Below, piece by piece: positions 16,989 to 25,594 of a stretch of DNA of 64,000 nt (its first letter is position 1; each line of letters opens with the position of its first letter). Origin of the DNA: Candidatus Nealsonbacteria bacterium. GTDB taxonomy: Bacteria > Patescibacteriota > Minisyncoccia > Minisyncoccales > MHMH01. Location of the stretch: NCBI GenBank assembly GCA_016181965.1, contig JACOYH010000003.1, forward strand, positions 65,013-129,012. Direction: 5' to 3'. The notes under the pieces were generated by a model. That model saw only the letters and a list, made by a program, of their open reading frames with translations. It made no database searches and was not told the origin of the DNA. The position numbers and the translations under genes were made by a program.

Positions 16989-18635
16989 ATGGAGTCACAA
17001 AGAATTCGTGAGGAATTTTTAAAGTTTTTCGAGAAAAGGGGACACAAGATTGTGCCTTCGTCTTCGCTTTTGCCGACCGATCCCTCGGTGCTTTTTACCA
17101 CAGCCGGCATGCAGCAGTTTAAGCAGTATTTTTTGGGAGGCGAGTCGCCTCACGGACAGAATGTCGTTTCCTGCCAGAAATGTTTTAGGACTTCCGATAT
17201 TGATGAGGTGGGCGACGAAAGCCACCTGACTTTTTTTGAGATGCTGGGAAATTTCAGTTTTGGGGGCTATGGGAAGACAAGGGCCATAAAGTTGGCGAAA
17301 GAATTTTTGGACTCAATTAATATCCACATTGATTATGTGACCATCTTTGGGGGCGATGAAATCGTTCCAAGAGACGAGGAGTCGGTCGAGGTCTGGCAAG
17401 CGTTGGGATTTTCCCAAGAAAATGACAATCTAAAATTTTGCGGCAGGGAAGATAATTTTTGGGGACCCACAGGCGAAGAGGGCCCTTGCGGCCCGACAAC
17501 CGAGATTTATGCCAAGGGCATTGAGGTATGGAATTTGGTTTTTAATGAATACTACTGCGATAGAAACAAGAGATTGACTCCCTTGAGGCAAAGAGGCGTT
17601 GATACCGGCATGGGGTTGGAACGCTTGGCCATGATTTCGCAGAAAAAAAACAGCGTTTTTGAAACGAATCTGTTTTCGCCGATTCTCAAAGAAATATTCG
17701 GCAACGACGATAGGGCGAAAAGAATTATTGCCGACCATATAAAGGGCGCCGTTTTCCTTATTCTGGAAGGCGTATTGCCTTCCAATGTTGAACGCGGCTA
17801 TGTTTTACGGCGGGTTTTGAGAAGGGCGATAAGATTTGGGAAATTATTGAATCTCCCCCAAAATTTTCTTACGCCCATTGCCCAAAAAACAATTGAAATT
17901 TACGGGGATGTCTATCCGGAACTCAAATCGCAAGAAAACGATATACTGGCTGTGATTCAAAAAGAGGAGGAAAAGTTCGAGAAGACACTAGAGGCCGGCT
18001 TAAAGGAAATTAAAAAAGTTCCTAAGCTAACCGGAGAGATTGCGTTCCGCATTTACGAAACATATGGCTTTCCCTTGGAGTTAATAGAGGAAATTAGAAA
18101 GGTAGAGGATAGGGAGTCCTTCTTTTTCATGCAAAAAAAACATCAAGAAATTTCCCGAGCCGGCGCGGAGAAGAAATTCAAGGGCGGATTAGCCGATCAG
18201 TCCGAAAAAACCATCAAGTATCATACGGCCAGCCATTTGCTTTTAGCCGCTATGCGCGCAATTTTGGGCCCGGAGATTTATCAAAAAGGCAGCAACATCA
18301 CGGCCGAACGGTTAAGGTTTGATTTTAATTATTCGCAAAAACTAAGCGGAGAGCAGATTAAGAAGATTGAGGATTTGGTTAATCAAAAAATTAACGAAGA
18401 TATTGAGGTGGAAATGACCGAGATGCCGAAAGCAGAAGCCCTTAAAATCGCCAAGATTTCTTTTGAGCCCGCCAAATACGGCGATATCGTTAGAGTATAT
18501 AAGATTGGCGATTTTAGCATTGAGCTTTGCGGCGGTCCGCATGTTAAGCGCACGGGCGAGTTGGGGCATCTGAAGATAACCAAAGAAGAATCATCGGGAG
18601 CAGGCATCCGCCGCCTCCGCGCCATTTTAGAATAA
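16989..18635 (+). CDS. alaS: Alanyl-tRNA synthetase, short form (548 aa)
   Basis: FLKFFEKRGHKIVPSSSLLP...LFTTAGMQQFK catalytic core, and the HTASHLL...CGGPHV editing-domain metal motifs. Confidence 0.9.
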   Translation: MESQRIREEFLKFFEKRGHKIVPSSSLLPTDPSVLFTTAGMQQFKQYFLGGESPHGQNVVSCQKCFRTSDIDEVGDESHLTFFEMLGNFSFGGYGKTRAIKLAKEFLDSINIHIDYVTIFGGDEIVPRDEESVEVWQALGFSQENDNLKFCGREDNFWGPTGEEGPCGPTTEIYAKGIEVWNLVFNEYYCDRNKRLTPLRQRGVDTGMGLERLAMISQKKNSVFETNLFSPILKEIFGNDDRAKRIIADHIKGAVFLILEGVLPSNVERGYVLRRVLRRAIRFGKLLNLPQNFLTPIAQKTIEIYGDVYPELKSQENDILAVIQKEEEKFEKTLEAGLKEIKKVPKLTGEIAFRIYETYGFPLELIEEIRKVEDRESFFFMQKKHQEISRAGAEKKFKGGLADQSEKTIKYHTASHLLLAAMRAILGPEIYQKGSNITAERLRFDFNYSQKLSGEQIKKIEDLVNQKINEDIEVEMTEMPKAEALKIAKISFEPAKYGDIVRVYKIGDFSIELCGGPHVKRTGELGHLKITKEESSGAGIRRLRAILE

Positions 18636-18707
18636 ACCTGCCCGAGGTCGGGTCTCGGGCAACTTCAGATAGTGATGGGTGGCTTGATTTGTGGTAGAAT
18701 GAAAGAG

Positions 18708-19772
18708 ATGAGCCCTTTCTCCTTTTTCGGTAAAGCGAAAGAAGAGGTTTTTCTGGCAATGGATGTTGGCACCGAGGCGGTTAAGGCCTTGGCCATCGGG
18801 GGAGCCGCTTCTTTAAACTACTTTGATGCATTTGGCGTTTTTAACAATCATGATTTCGGGCAGAGCGTGCTTAAGAAAGCCATGAGAAATACGCTTTTGG
18901 AAGTTCAAAGAGAAGCTGGCCAGAATTTTAAAAAAATAATCATTAGCTTACCCCCCGACATTTTTAAGGCGAGAGTCGCCTCGCATTCTTTAGAACGCAA
19001 CAATCCAAAGAAACCGATTGGCCGCAAGGAAGAAAAAGAAATACATGCCGCAGTATTCGGAGCAGTGAGAGAAAAAGTTGCCCTCGCCCATGCCAAAGAA
19101 AGCGGCATATCGCCAAACCATTTTGATTTTCTTCGTTCAACTATTTTGCAAATAAAAATTGACGGATACGAGGTGGAAAACATTATCGGTTACGGAGGGA
19201 AAAATTTGGAGTTCAGGGTTTTATCTGTTTTTATGCCGGAAAACTATTATCGTGATTTCGAGGCGGTTGCCAAAGAGCTGAATTTGAGGATAATAAAATT
19301 AGCGCATCCATTTGAAAATTTAAGCCGGGTTTTCGGCAAAGAAAGCGGGGTCTTTGTGGATGTCGGAGGTGATATTACCCAGTTCTGCCTGATGGATAGG
19401 GGAATCCCCGCCATGATTGGCGAGTTTGAGTTCGGCGGCAAGAATTTTTCCGAAATATTGTCTCATTCCCTCGGGCTTAGCGAAGAAAACGGCCGCAATC
19501 TTAAGGAGCGATATTCTAGTCGTGATTTAACCGAAGACGCGCGAAAGCGAGTGGAAGATATTTGCGCGCCGGCAGTGGCAGAATGGACTTCCTTATTAAG
19601 GGAACAACTGGCTAAAAGCGGGAATATTATGCGTCTTAAATTATATCTTTGGGGAGGAGCAAGCCAATTTTTCGGCCTAACGGAATATTTTGACCGAGAG
19701 CAGTGGGAGATAGAGTATGTTTCCTCCCCGCAATTTTTTAATTCAATGCTTATTAGTCATGCCTCTAAATAA
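18708..19772 (+). CDS. Actin-like ATPase, FtsA/PilM-like
   Basis: FLAMDVGTEAVKA (phosphate 1), VFVDVGGDITQ (phosphate 2) and LWGGASQ. The start is uncertain (ORF opens at 18672). Confidence 0.5.
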   Translation: MSPFSFFGKAKEEVFLAMDVGTEAVKALAIGGAASLNYFDAFGVFNNHDFGQSVLKKAMRNTLLEVQREAGQNFKKIIISLPPDIFKARVASHSLERNNPKKPIGRKEEKEIHAAVFGAVREKVALAHAKESGISPNHFDFLRSTILQIKIDGYEVENIIGYGGKNLEFRVLSVFMPENYYRDFEAVAKELNLRIIKLAHPFENLSRVFGKESGVFVDVGGDITQFCLMDRGIPAMIGEFEFGGKNFSEILSHSLGLSEENGRNLKERYSSRDLTEDARKRVEDICAPAVAEWTSLLREQLAKSGNIMRLKLYLWGGASQFFGLTEYFDREQWEIEYVSSPQFFNSMLISHASK

Positions 19773-20988
19773 CAAGGTCTTCGATGTGGCTCCGCCCAAT
19801 CAGGCACCAAGCGGATCAACCAAGGAGCCAAAAAAAGAAGAAAAGAAAGCGCCGGAAAGAGAAAGCCGGCCCAGGGTCTCCGCTCCCTCAAAAATCCCAG
19901 TCATCATCGCCGGGGCAGCGGTTCTTATGATGGCTTTGGGTTGGTTTTTAATTGAGCCCAAGGCAGAAATAGAGATCTGGCCCAAAACAGAGCTCATCAA
20001 CCTGCGCGTTGAGACAGAAATCCCCGGCGAAGTGCTGGAAGTGACAAAATCGGTTTCGGGCAATTTTCCTTCTTCTACCACGAAACTTAAAACAGCCAAG
20101 GCCTCGGGCATGATCAGGGTGTACAACGCATATTCAACTAACTCACAGCCATTGATTCCCAATACGCGTTTTGTTTCTGGCGACGGCAAGCTGTTTAGAA
20201 TTACCGAATGGATCACTGTACCCGGGGCCCGCAATGAAGGAGGCAAACTCGTTCCGGGAACTGTCGACGTTGCGGTAACAGCTGACCAGCCCGGCGAGGA
20301 CTACAACATTGACGCCTCTACTTTTTCCTTGCCGGGATTGGTGGGAACCGCCGCCTATACTGCCATCTATGCAAAATCGTCCGAAGCGATGTCTGGGGGC
20401 ATGAGTCAAGAGATGTCCCAGATAACGCAGGCAGATATAGATAAAGCCGAAGTTGAATTAACAAATAAGTCCAGGGAAGAATCAAAGGCAGCTTTAGAAG
20501 AAATTCTGCCATCCGGCGGTTATATTATTTTAGACGAGGCCATCGATCAGAAAATAACCGGCTTTACCCCCCTAGCCAAAGCCGGAGATGAGGACTCAGA
20601 ATTTTTTGCGCAAGTTGAAAGTCAAACTAAGGCCATGGCGTTTCAAAAGTCAGGCGTTGAGGACTTTGCCAAGACCTATGTCCTCTCTCAAGTGCCCGAG
20701 GGCAAGATATTGAACGAAAGTTCTATTCGTGTAGAATATACACGTGAAGATATGGACATAGAGAAAGGCACAATCACTCTAACCCTGCAGATTACAGCCA
20801 ATGTTTATAGCGCCATAGACGAGCAAGCGCTTAAGGAGGCGGTCGTGAATAAGAGGCCCGAGGCAATTACCGGCATCCTAAGGGGCTATTCGCAGATTGC
20901 AAAAGCCAAGGTTGACTTGTGGCCATTTTGGGTCGAGGAATCGCCCAGCAAGCCAGAGAGGATAGGGATTAAGATAATGCTTGACTAA
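19759..20988 (+). CDS. Hypothetical membrane-anchored protein
   Basis: Long ORF. The ATG at 19759 (MPLNNKVFDV...) is preferred. It has a Lys/Pro-rich N-terminus and one TM helix (IPVIIAGAAVLMMALGWFLI). I recognise no family. Confidence 0.6.
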   Translation: MPLNNKVFDVAPPNQAPSGSTKEPKKEEKKAPERESRPRVSAPSKIPVIIAGAAVLMMALGWFLIEPKAEIEIWPKTELINLRVETEIPGEVLEVTKSVSGNFPSSTTKLKTAKASGMIRVYNAYSTNSQPLIPNTRFVSGDGKLFRITEWITVPGARNEGGKLVPGTVDVAVTADQPGEDYNIDASTFSLPGLVGTAAYTAIYAKSSEAMSGGMSQEMSQITQADIDKAEVELTNKSREESKAALEEILPSGGYIILDEAIDQKITGFTPLAKAGDEDSEFFAQVESQTKAMAFQKSGVEDFAKTYVLSQVPEGKILNESSIRVEYTREDMDIEKGTITLTLQITANVYSAIDEQALKEAVVNKRPEAITGILRGYSQIAKAKVDLWPFWVEESPSKPERIGIKIMLD

Positions 20989-21023
20989 TTTGGTTGTCTC
21001 TGCTAACATTCTAAATTGTATTA

Positions 21024-21245
21024 ATGGTAAAAGAGAATAAAAAAAACCTCCGGCAAGGAATTGTCATCGAGGCGCTTCCGAGCACTCATTTTAGGGTGCA
21101 GATGGAAGACGGAAGGATAATCAATGCCCATCTCGCCGGCAAAATGAGGATGTTCAGGATTAAGATTTTGCCCGGCGACAGGGTTACCGTTGAATTGAGT
21201 CCTTACGATGAAAATCGAGGAAGAATTGTCTACCGGGGCAAGTGA
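21024..21245 (+). CDS. infA: Translation initiation factor IF-1
   Basis: [51 protein letters not shown], the IF-1 S1 fold. Confidence 0.95.
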   Translation: MVKENKKNLRQGIVIEALPSTHFRVQMEDGRIINAHLAGKMRMFRIKILPGDRVTVELSPYDENRGRIVYRGK

Positions 21246-21249
21246 TGAT

Positions 21250-21363
21250 ATGAAGGTTCAGGCATCTGTTAAAAAAATCTGCAAAGATTGTAAAATAGTG
21301 CGCCGCAAGGGGCGCGTTTATGTCATTTGCAGTAATCCAAAACATAAACAAAGACAGGGATAA
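21250..21363 (+). CDS. rpmJ: 50S ribosomal protein L36 (not in ORF track; 37 aa)
   Basis: My translation: [37 protein letters not shown]. Confidence 0.9.
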   Translation: MKVQASVKKICKDCKIVRRKGRVYVICSNPKHKQRQG

Positions 21364-21366
21364 AAT

Positions 21367-21756
21367 ATGCCAAGAATAGCGGGGGTAAATATTCCCGACA
21401 ACAAACAAATAGCGATCGCTTTAACCTATATATACGGCATAGGCAGGCCTTTGAGCAAGAAAATATTGGAGACGGTCGGCATTGAGCCCAATCTCAAGGC
21501 CTCTCAATTGAGTTCTGCCAAGATTAACGAATTAAGGGAGATAATTGAAAAAACATATAAAATAGAAGGGGATTTGAGAAGAGAAAGAATGATGGCCATA
21601 AAGCGGCTGAAGGACATCGGCGCTTGGAGGGGCTTGAGGCATATAAAGGGCCTGCCCGTAAGAGGCCAAAGAACCAAAACCAACACCCGAACCGTTCGAG
21701 GCAATGTTAGGAAAACAGTTGGATCGGGCAGGAAGCCGGCAGCAACGCCAACCTAA
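21367..21756 (+). CDS. rpsM: 30S ribosomal protein S13
   Basis: [26 protein letters not shown]...[19 protein letters not shown]. Confidence 0.95.
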   Translation: MPRIAGVNIPDNKQIAIALTYIYGIGRPLSKKILETVGIEPNLKASQLSSAKINELREIIEKTYKIEGDLRRERMMAIKRLKDIGAWRGLRHIKGLPVRGQRTKTNTRTVRGNVRKTVGSGRKPAATPT

Positions 21757-21770
21757 AAAACATAAAATAA

Positions 21771-22223
21771 ATGGGTAAAAAGAAAATTATACAAAAAAGC
21801 GAAGAGGAGCTTATCAAGGAAAGAGAAGATGTCGAGGCGGCGATGAAAAAAGAGAATAAGGTGGCGCCTTCCGGCAAAATTAGAGAAGGCCGAATTTATA
21901 TTTCTTCTTCGTATAATAATACCATCATTACCTTGACCGACGCCCAAGGGAACGTTTTGACTTGGTCTTCGGCTGGAAGTATCGGTTTTAAGGGCAGTAA
22001 AAAGGCAACTCCCTTTGCCGCTTCCAAGGTGGCCGAGGCCATAGCTCAAACAATGCAGAAAGGGGGCATCGAAAAAATCGCTGTTTTTGTGAGAGGAATC
22101 GGCGGGGGCAGGGAGTCGGCAATTCGCTCGTTCGCCGCCAAGGGCTTTGAGATATCGTCTATTACTGATTTAACTCCCGTTCCACACGACGGGCCAAGAC
22201 AGCCAAAAGTAAGAAGGGTTTAA
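21771..22223 (+). CDS. rpsK: 30S ribosomal protein S11 with ~25-aa N-terminal extension
   Basis: GRIYISSSYNNTIITLTDAQGNVLTWSSAG...TPVPHDGPRQPKVRRV. Confidence 0.95.
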   Translation: MGKKKIIQKSEEELIKEREDVEAAMKKENKVAPSGKIREGRIYISSSYNNTIITLTDAQGNVLTWSSAGSIGFKGSKKATPFAASKVAEAIAQTMQKGGIEKIAVFVRGIGGGRESAIRSFAAKGFEISSITDLTPVPHDGPRQPKVRRV

Positions 22224-22227
22224 TTTT

Positions 22228-22833
22228 ATGGCTAAATCAACTTGCGCAAATTGCAGAAGAGCAGGGATAAAATTGTTTCTTAAAGGCGAAAAATGCATGT
22301 CGCCTAAATGCCCCGTGGTTCTGAAACCATATCCGCCTGGACAAAAAAGCAAAAGAAGAATTGCTCCTCTCTCTGAATACGGGAAAGAACTCAAAGAAAA
22401 GCAGAAAATAAAAAAATGGTACAATTTGGGGGAGCAGCAGTTTAGAAATTACGTCAAAGATATTCTCAAAAAAGGAGCAAAAGTGCAAGATGCCCCAGCT
22501 CTTTTAATTCAAAAACTGGAGACCCGCCTAGATAATGCGGTTTTGCGATTGGGGTTTGCCACTTCGCATGTGCAAGCCAGACAATTGGTAACCCATGGCC
22601 ATTTTCTGGTTAATAAAAAGATGGTGAACATACCATCTTACCAATTAAAAAAAGGGGATGTGGTTGGTCTTCATCCATCCTCATCGGTAAATACCCCCAA
22701 GGAGCATCAAGCGCCTTCTTGGTTGAAATTGCATATCGATAGAAAAGAGGGAGAAGTGGTAAGTTTGCCCACCGTGCAGGATGTTTCCCTGCCCGTTGAA
22801 ATATCATCTGTATTTGAGTTTTACTCTCGTTAA
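22228..22833 (+). CDS. rpsD: 30S ribosomal protein S4
   Basis: CANCRRAGIKLFLKGEKC...LETRLDNAVLRLGFATSHVQARQLVTHGHFLVN (S4 domain). Confidence 0.95.
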   Translation: MAKSTCANCRRAGIKLFLKGEKCMSPKCPVVLKPYPPGQKSKRRIAPLSEYGKELKEKQKIKKWYNLGEQQFRNYVKDILKKGAKVQDAPALLIQKLETRLDNAVLRLGFATSHVQARQLVTHGHFLVNKKMVNIPSYQLKKGDVVGLHPSSSVNTPKEHQAPSWLKLHIDRKEGEVVSLPTVQDVSLPVEISSVFEFYSR

Positions 22834-22864
22834 TTATAATTAATTTTTAATCATTATTTATATT

Positions 22865-23656
22865 ATGATCCCCCTACCCTCCACGCCAACAATAGCAGAA
22901 AAAAAGGATAATTTTGATGTCTTTAAAATAGAAGGCCTTTACCCCGGCTACGGGGCTACTGTTGGTAATTCACTGAGAAGGGTTTTGCTCTCTTCTCTAG
23001 AAGGAGCTGCCATTACGCAAGTAAAAATCAAGGGAGCCCCCCATGAATTTTCTACGCTTTCCGGCGTCTTGGAGGATGTTGTTACCATTCTAATCAACTT
23101 GAAGCAGTTAAGGTTTAAGCTGCACACGGATGAGCCCCAAAAAGCCAAACTTTTGGTTAGGGGAGAGAAGGAAGTGAGGGGTTCTGATTTTGAAATTCCC
23201 ACCCAGCTGGAGCTTGCCAACAAAGATATCCATATTGCCACTCTAACTGCAAAAAAGTCAGAGTTGGAAATCGAAATTCAAGTAGAAAAAGGCATGGGCT
23301 ATGAGCCGGTGGAAATGAGAAAGAAGGAGAAATTAGAAATAGGCACCATAGCTATCGATGCTATTTTTACGCCGGTGAGGAGGGTTAGCTATCGGGTAGA
23401 AAATATGAGAGTCGGCGATAGAACCGACTTCGACCGGCTTTTTATAGAGCTCGAAACAGACGGCACCATGGCACCCGAAGAGGCCATATCTACTGCCTCG
23501 GAAATTCTGGTTAAGCATTTTTCTTTAATGGAAGAAAGTTTTAGAGAAAAGGCGGAAGCCCTAAGGGCCGCTGACCTTGCCCCCGAAAAGAAAATAAAGA
23601 AGAAAGACGCAAAGAAAAAACATGAGAAAAAGAAAACAGGGAAGAAAATTCGGTAG
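22865..23656 (+). CDS. rpoA: DNA-directed RNA polymerase alpha subunit, N-terminal domain only (263 aa)
   Basis: GYGATVGNSLRRVLLSSLEGAAIT...RVENMRVGDRTDFDRLFIELETDG is the alpha-NTD. It ends in a Lys-rich tail. Confidence 0.9.
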   Translation: MIPLPSTPTIAEKKDNFDVFKIEGLYPGYGATVGNSLRRVLLSSLEGAAITQVKIKGAPHEFSTLSGVLEDVVTILINLKQLRFKLHTDEPQKAKLLVRGEKEVRGSDFEIPTQLELANKDIHIATLTAKKSELEIEIQVEKGMGYEPVEMRKKEKLEIGTIAIDAIFTPVRRVSYRVENMRVGDRTDFDRLFIELETDGTMAPEEAISTASEILVKHFSLMEESFREKAEALRAADLAPEKKIKKKDAKKKHEKKKTGKKIR

Positions 23657-23975
23657 GAAACGCGACCAGCGAAAAGCGTTTCTTAAATCGTTAATAAGCG
23701 CCTTATTGCTGAAAGAGAAAATTAAGACAACCGAGCCCCGAGCTAAGGAGATTTCTGGCATGACAGAAAAGTTTATCACCAGAGCCAAAAACGATACCTT
23801 GGCTAATCGAAGATTGCTCGTCCAGTTTTTTTCGGGTAGTACGATAGTTAAGAAGCTTTTCAGCGAAATAGGCCCGAGATATAAAGAGAGACACGGCGGC
23901 TATACCAGAATTATTAAACTTGGCCCCAGAAAAACCGATGGGGCAAAAATGGCCATAATCGAACTCGTAAAATAA
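23622..23975 (+). CDS. rplQ: 50S ribosomal protein L17
   Basis: MRKRKQGRKFGRKRDQRKAFLKSL...GGYTRIIKLGPRKTDGAKMAIIELV. It overlaps the rpoA 3' end by 35 nt. Confidence 0.9.
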   Translation: MRKRKQGRKFGRKRDQRKAFLKSLISALLLKEKIKTTEPRAKEISGMTEKFITRAKNDTLANRRLLVQFFSGSTIVKKLFSEIGPRYKERHGGYTRIIKLGPRKTDGAKMAIIELVK

Positions 23976-23979
23976 GACC

Positions 23980-24327
23980 ATGGAAAGACAAACGCATAAA
24001 ATTGACGCAAGCGACAAGGTTTTGGGACGACTGGCGAGCGAGGTCGCTGTTTTACTGCGCGGCAAAGGAAAGCCGGCATTTGTGCCGCACAAAGACGTGG
24101 GTGATTTTGTAGTGATTCAAAATATTGATAAACTGCGTGTGACCGGCAAAAAAATGGAGCAGAAAAAATATTATCGCCATTCGGGATATCCCGGAGGGCT
24201 AAAGTCGGTTACAATGGGTAAAATATTCGAACGCGATCCCAGAGAGCTTTTAAAGAAAACTGTTTCGGGTATGATGCCGCACAATAAGTTGAAAAAAGAG
24301 CAGATAAAACGACTAAAATTTGATTAA
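23980..24327 (+). CDS. rplM: 50S ribosomal protein L13 (short, 115 aa)
   Basis: IDASDKVLGRLASEVAVLLRGKGKP...KKYYRHSGYPGGLK, as in uL13. Confidence 0.9.
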   Translation: MERQTHKIDASDKVLGRLASEVAVLLRGKGKPAFVPHKDVGDFVVIQNIDKLRVTGKKMEQKKYYRHSGYPGGLKSVTMGKIFERDPRELLKKTVSGMMPHNKLKKEQIKRLKFD

Positions 24328-24328
24328 A

Positions 24329-24766
24329 ATGCCAAAAGCAAAACCAATAAAAAAAATTAAAGCCACTGAACAGAAATTATCTTTTTTCCAGGCCATTGGC
24401 AGGCGAAAAACAGCCGCGGCCAGAGTTCGGCTTTTTATAAACGGCGACAAGGAGATCGTCGTTAACGATCGCTCACTTGCTTCATATTTTCCAACTGCGG
24501 AGCTTCAGCAAATCGTTAAAGAGCCATTAGAAAAAATTGATGCCTTACCTAGCTATAAAGTCATTGCGCAAATTAAGGGCGGCGGAGTGCACGCGCAGGC
24601 GGAGGCCTTGAGGCATGGTTTAGCCAGAGCCCTTGTTTTGCTTGACGCGGAAGCCAGGGGAAAGTTTAAAAAAGCCGGCCTTTTGACCAGAGACGCCAGA
24701 ATGAGGGAACGAAAGAAACCCGGCCTTAAAAGAGCCCGCCGAGCTCCCCAGTGGAGAAAGAGATAA
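24329..24766 (+). CDS. rpsI: 30S ribosomal protein S9
   Basis: GRRKTAAARVRLF...GGGVHAQAEALRHGLARAL...RERKKPGLKRARRAPQWRKR. Confidence 0.9.
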   Translation: MPKAKPIKKIKATEQKLSFFQAIGRRKTAAARVRLFINGDKEIVVNDRSLASYFPTAELQQIVKEPLEKIDALPSYKVIAQIKGGGVHAQAEALRHGLARALVLLDAEARGKFKKAGLLTRDARMRERKKPGLKRARRAPQWRKR

Positions 24767-24787
24767 TATATTAAGCTAAGCCCCCGA

Positions 24788-24835
24788 GAATACACCGGTG
24801 CCACCGGTGTATCTACACCGGTGGCACCGGTGTAT
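24788..24835. repeat. Nested palindromic doublet (two inverted copies of hairpin ACACCGGTG-S-CACCGGTGT)
   Basis: AATACACCGGTGCCACCGGTGTA-TC-TACACCGGTGGCACCGGTGTATT, with 23-nt perfect arms, followed by ATTCTTTTGTTTT. It probably also terminates rpsI. Confidence 0.85.
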
Positions 24836-24852
24836 TATTCTTTTGTTTTATT

Positions 24853-24892
24853 AAGCGACTTCGGGAGTCGCGTACGCGACTCCCGAAGTCGC
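24853..24892. repeat. Nested palindromic doublet (19-nt arms)
   Basis: AGCGACTTCGGGAGTCGCG-TA-CGCGACTCCCGAAGTCGCT. Each arm is itself a hairpin. It ends 12 nt before the ATG at 24905. Confidence 0.85.
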
Positions 24893-24904
24893 TAAATTAT
24901 ATTT

Positions 24905-25594
24905 ATGCTTCGGGAGATTATTGATAAATACTATTTAGAAAGAGAAAAGCACAAGGAGCAGCAGCGTTTCTATGTTACCGATGCCGGTAAATGCGGACGC
25001 GCTGTTTTTTTTAAATTCAAAAATGCCCCTCGCAAGGAAATGGAGGCGCACATCTTGCGGCTTTTTGACCACGGCGATCAGATTCACCAGTTGATCATGA
25101 AGCCCCTGCTAAGCATGAGGGAGATACACGTTGTCGCTTCAGAGGTCAACATTCCTCCGCAAGAGCTTATTTCCGGCAGATCGGACGCCATTGTCAGCGA
25201 CGGCAGAGACTTATATGTGCTGGATATTAAAAGCATGAACAGCATGATTTTTGACAAGCTTTGCGAACCGAAAGAGGAAAATGTAGACCAGCTTCAGCTT
25301 TACCTTCACTATTTTAAAGTGCCCAAGGGCATTTTATTGTATGTCAATAAAAATACTCTGGCCCTAAAAGAGTTCACGGTAGAGAGAGACGAGGGTCGCG
25401 CGCTTTACCTGATAAATTCTTTGGAAGAAATAAAAAAAAGAATTGATTCTAGCACCATACCAAGCCGCCTTGGCGATTATCCGGGCAATTGGCAATGCAG
25501 GTATTGCCAGTTTAGGACAATTTGCGGCAAGTCGGGCGAGGGAGAAAAGAGCTGGGAGGGTTTCTTAAGGGAGCAGGGAGGAGGCCTTGTATAG
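24905..25594 (+). CDS. PD-(D/E)XK nuclease with Cas4/AddB-type Cys cluster (Cas4-like, orphan)
   Basis: N-terminal Cys (DAGKCGRA), SDAIV...LDIKS nuclease core, QLQLY, and C-terminal CRYCQFRTIC. Confidence 0.6.
   Translation: MLREIIDKYYLEREKHKEQQRFYVTDAGKCGRAVFFKFKNAPRKEMEAHILRLFDHGDQIHQLIMKPLLSMREIHVVASEVNIPPQELISGRSDAIVSDGRDLYVLDIKSMNSMIFDKLCEPKEENVDQLQLYLHYFKVPKGILLYVNKNTLALKEFTVERDEGRALYLINSLEEIKKRIDSSTIPSRLGDYPGNWQCRYCQFRTICGKSGEGEKSWEGFLREQGGGLV

Noticed and set aside
25565-25594. 30-nt convergent overlap of the Cas4-like and PEGA genes as a regulatory feature
   Set aside because: Short convergent overlaps are common in compact genomes, and either stop-proximal tail may be non-essential. 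There is no additional structure to support a function.
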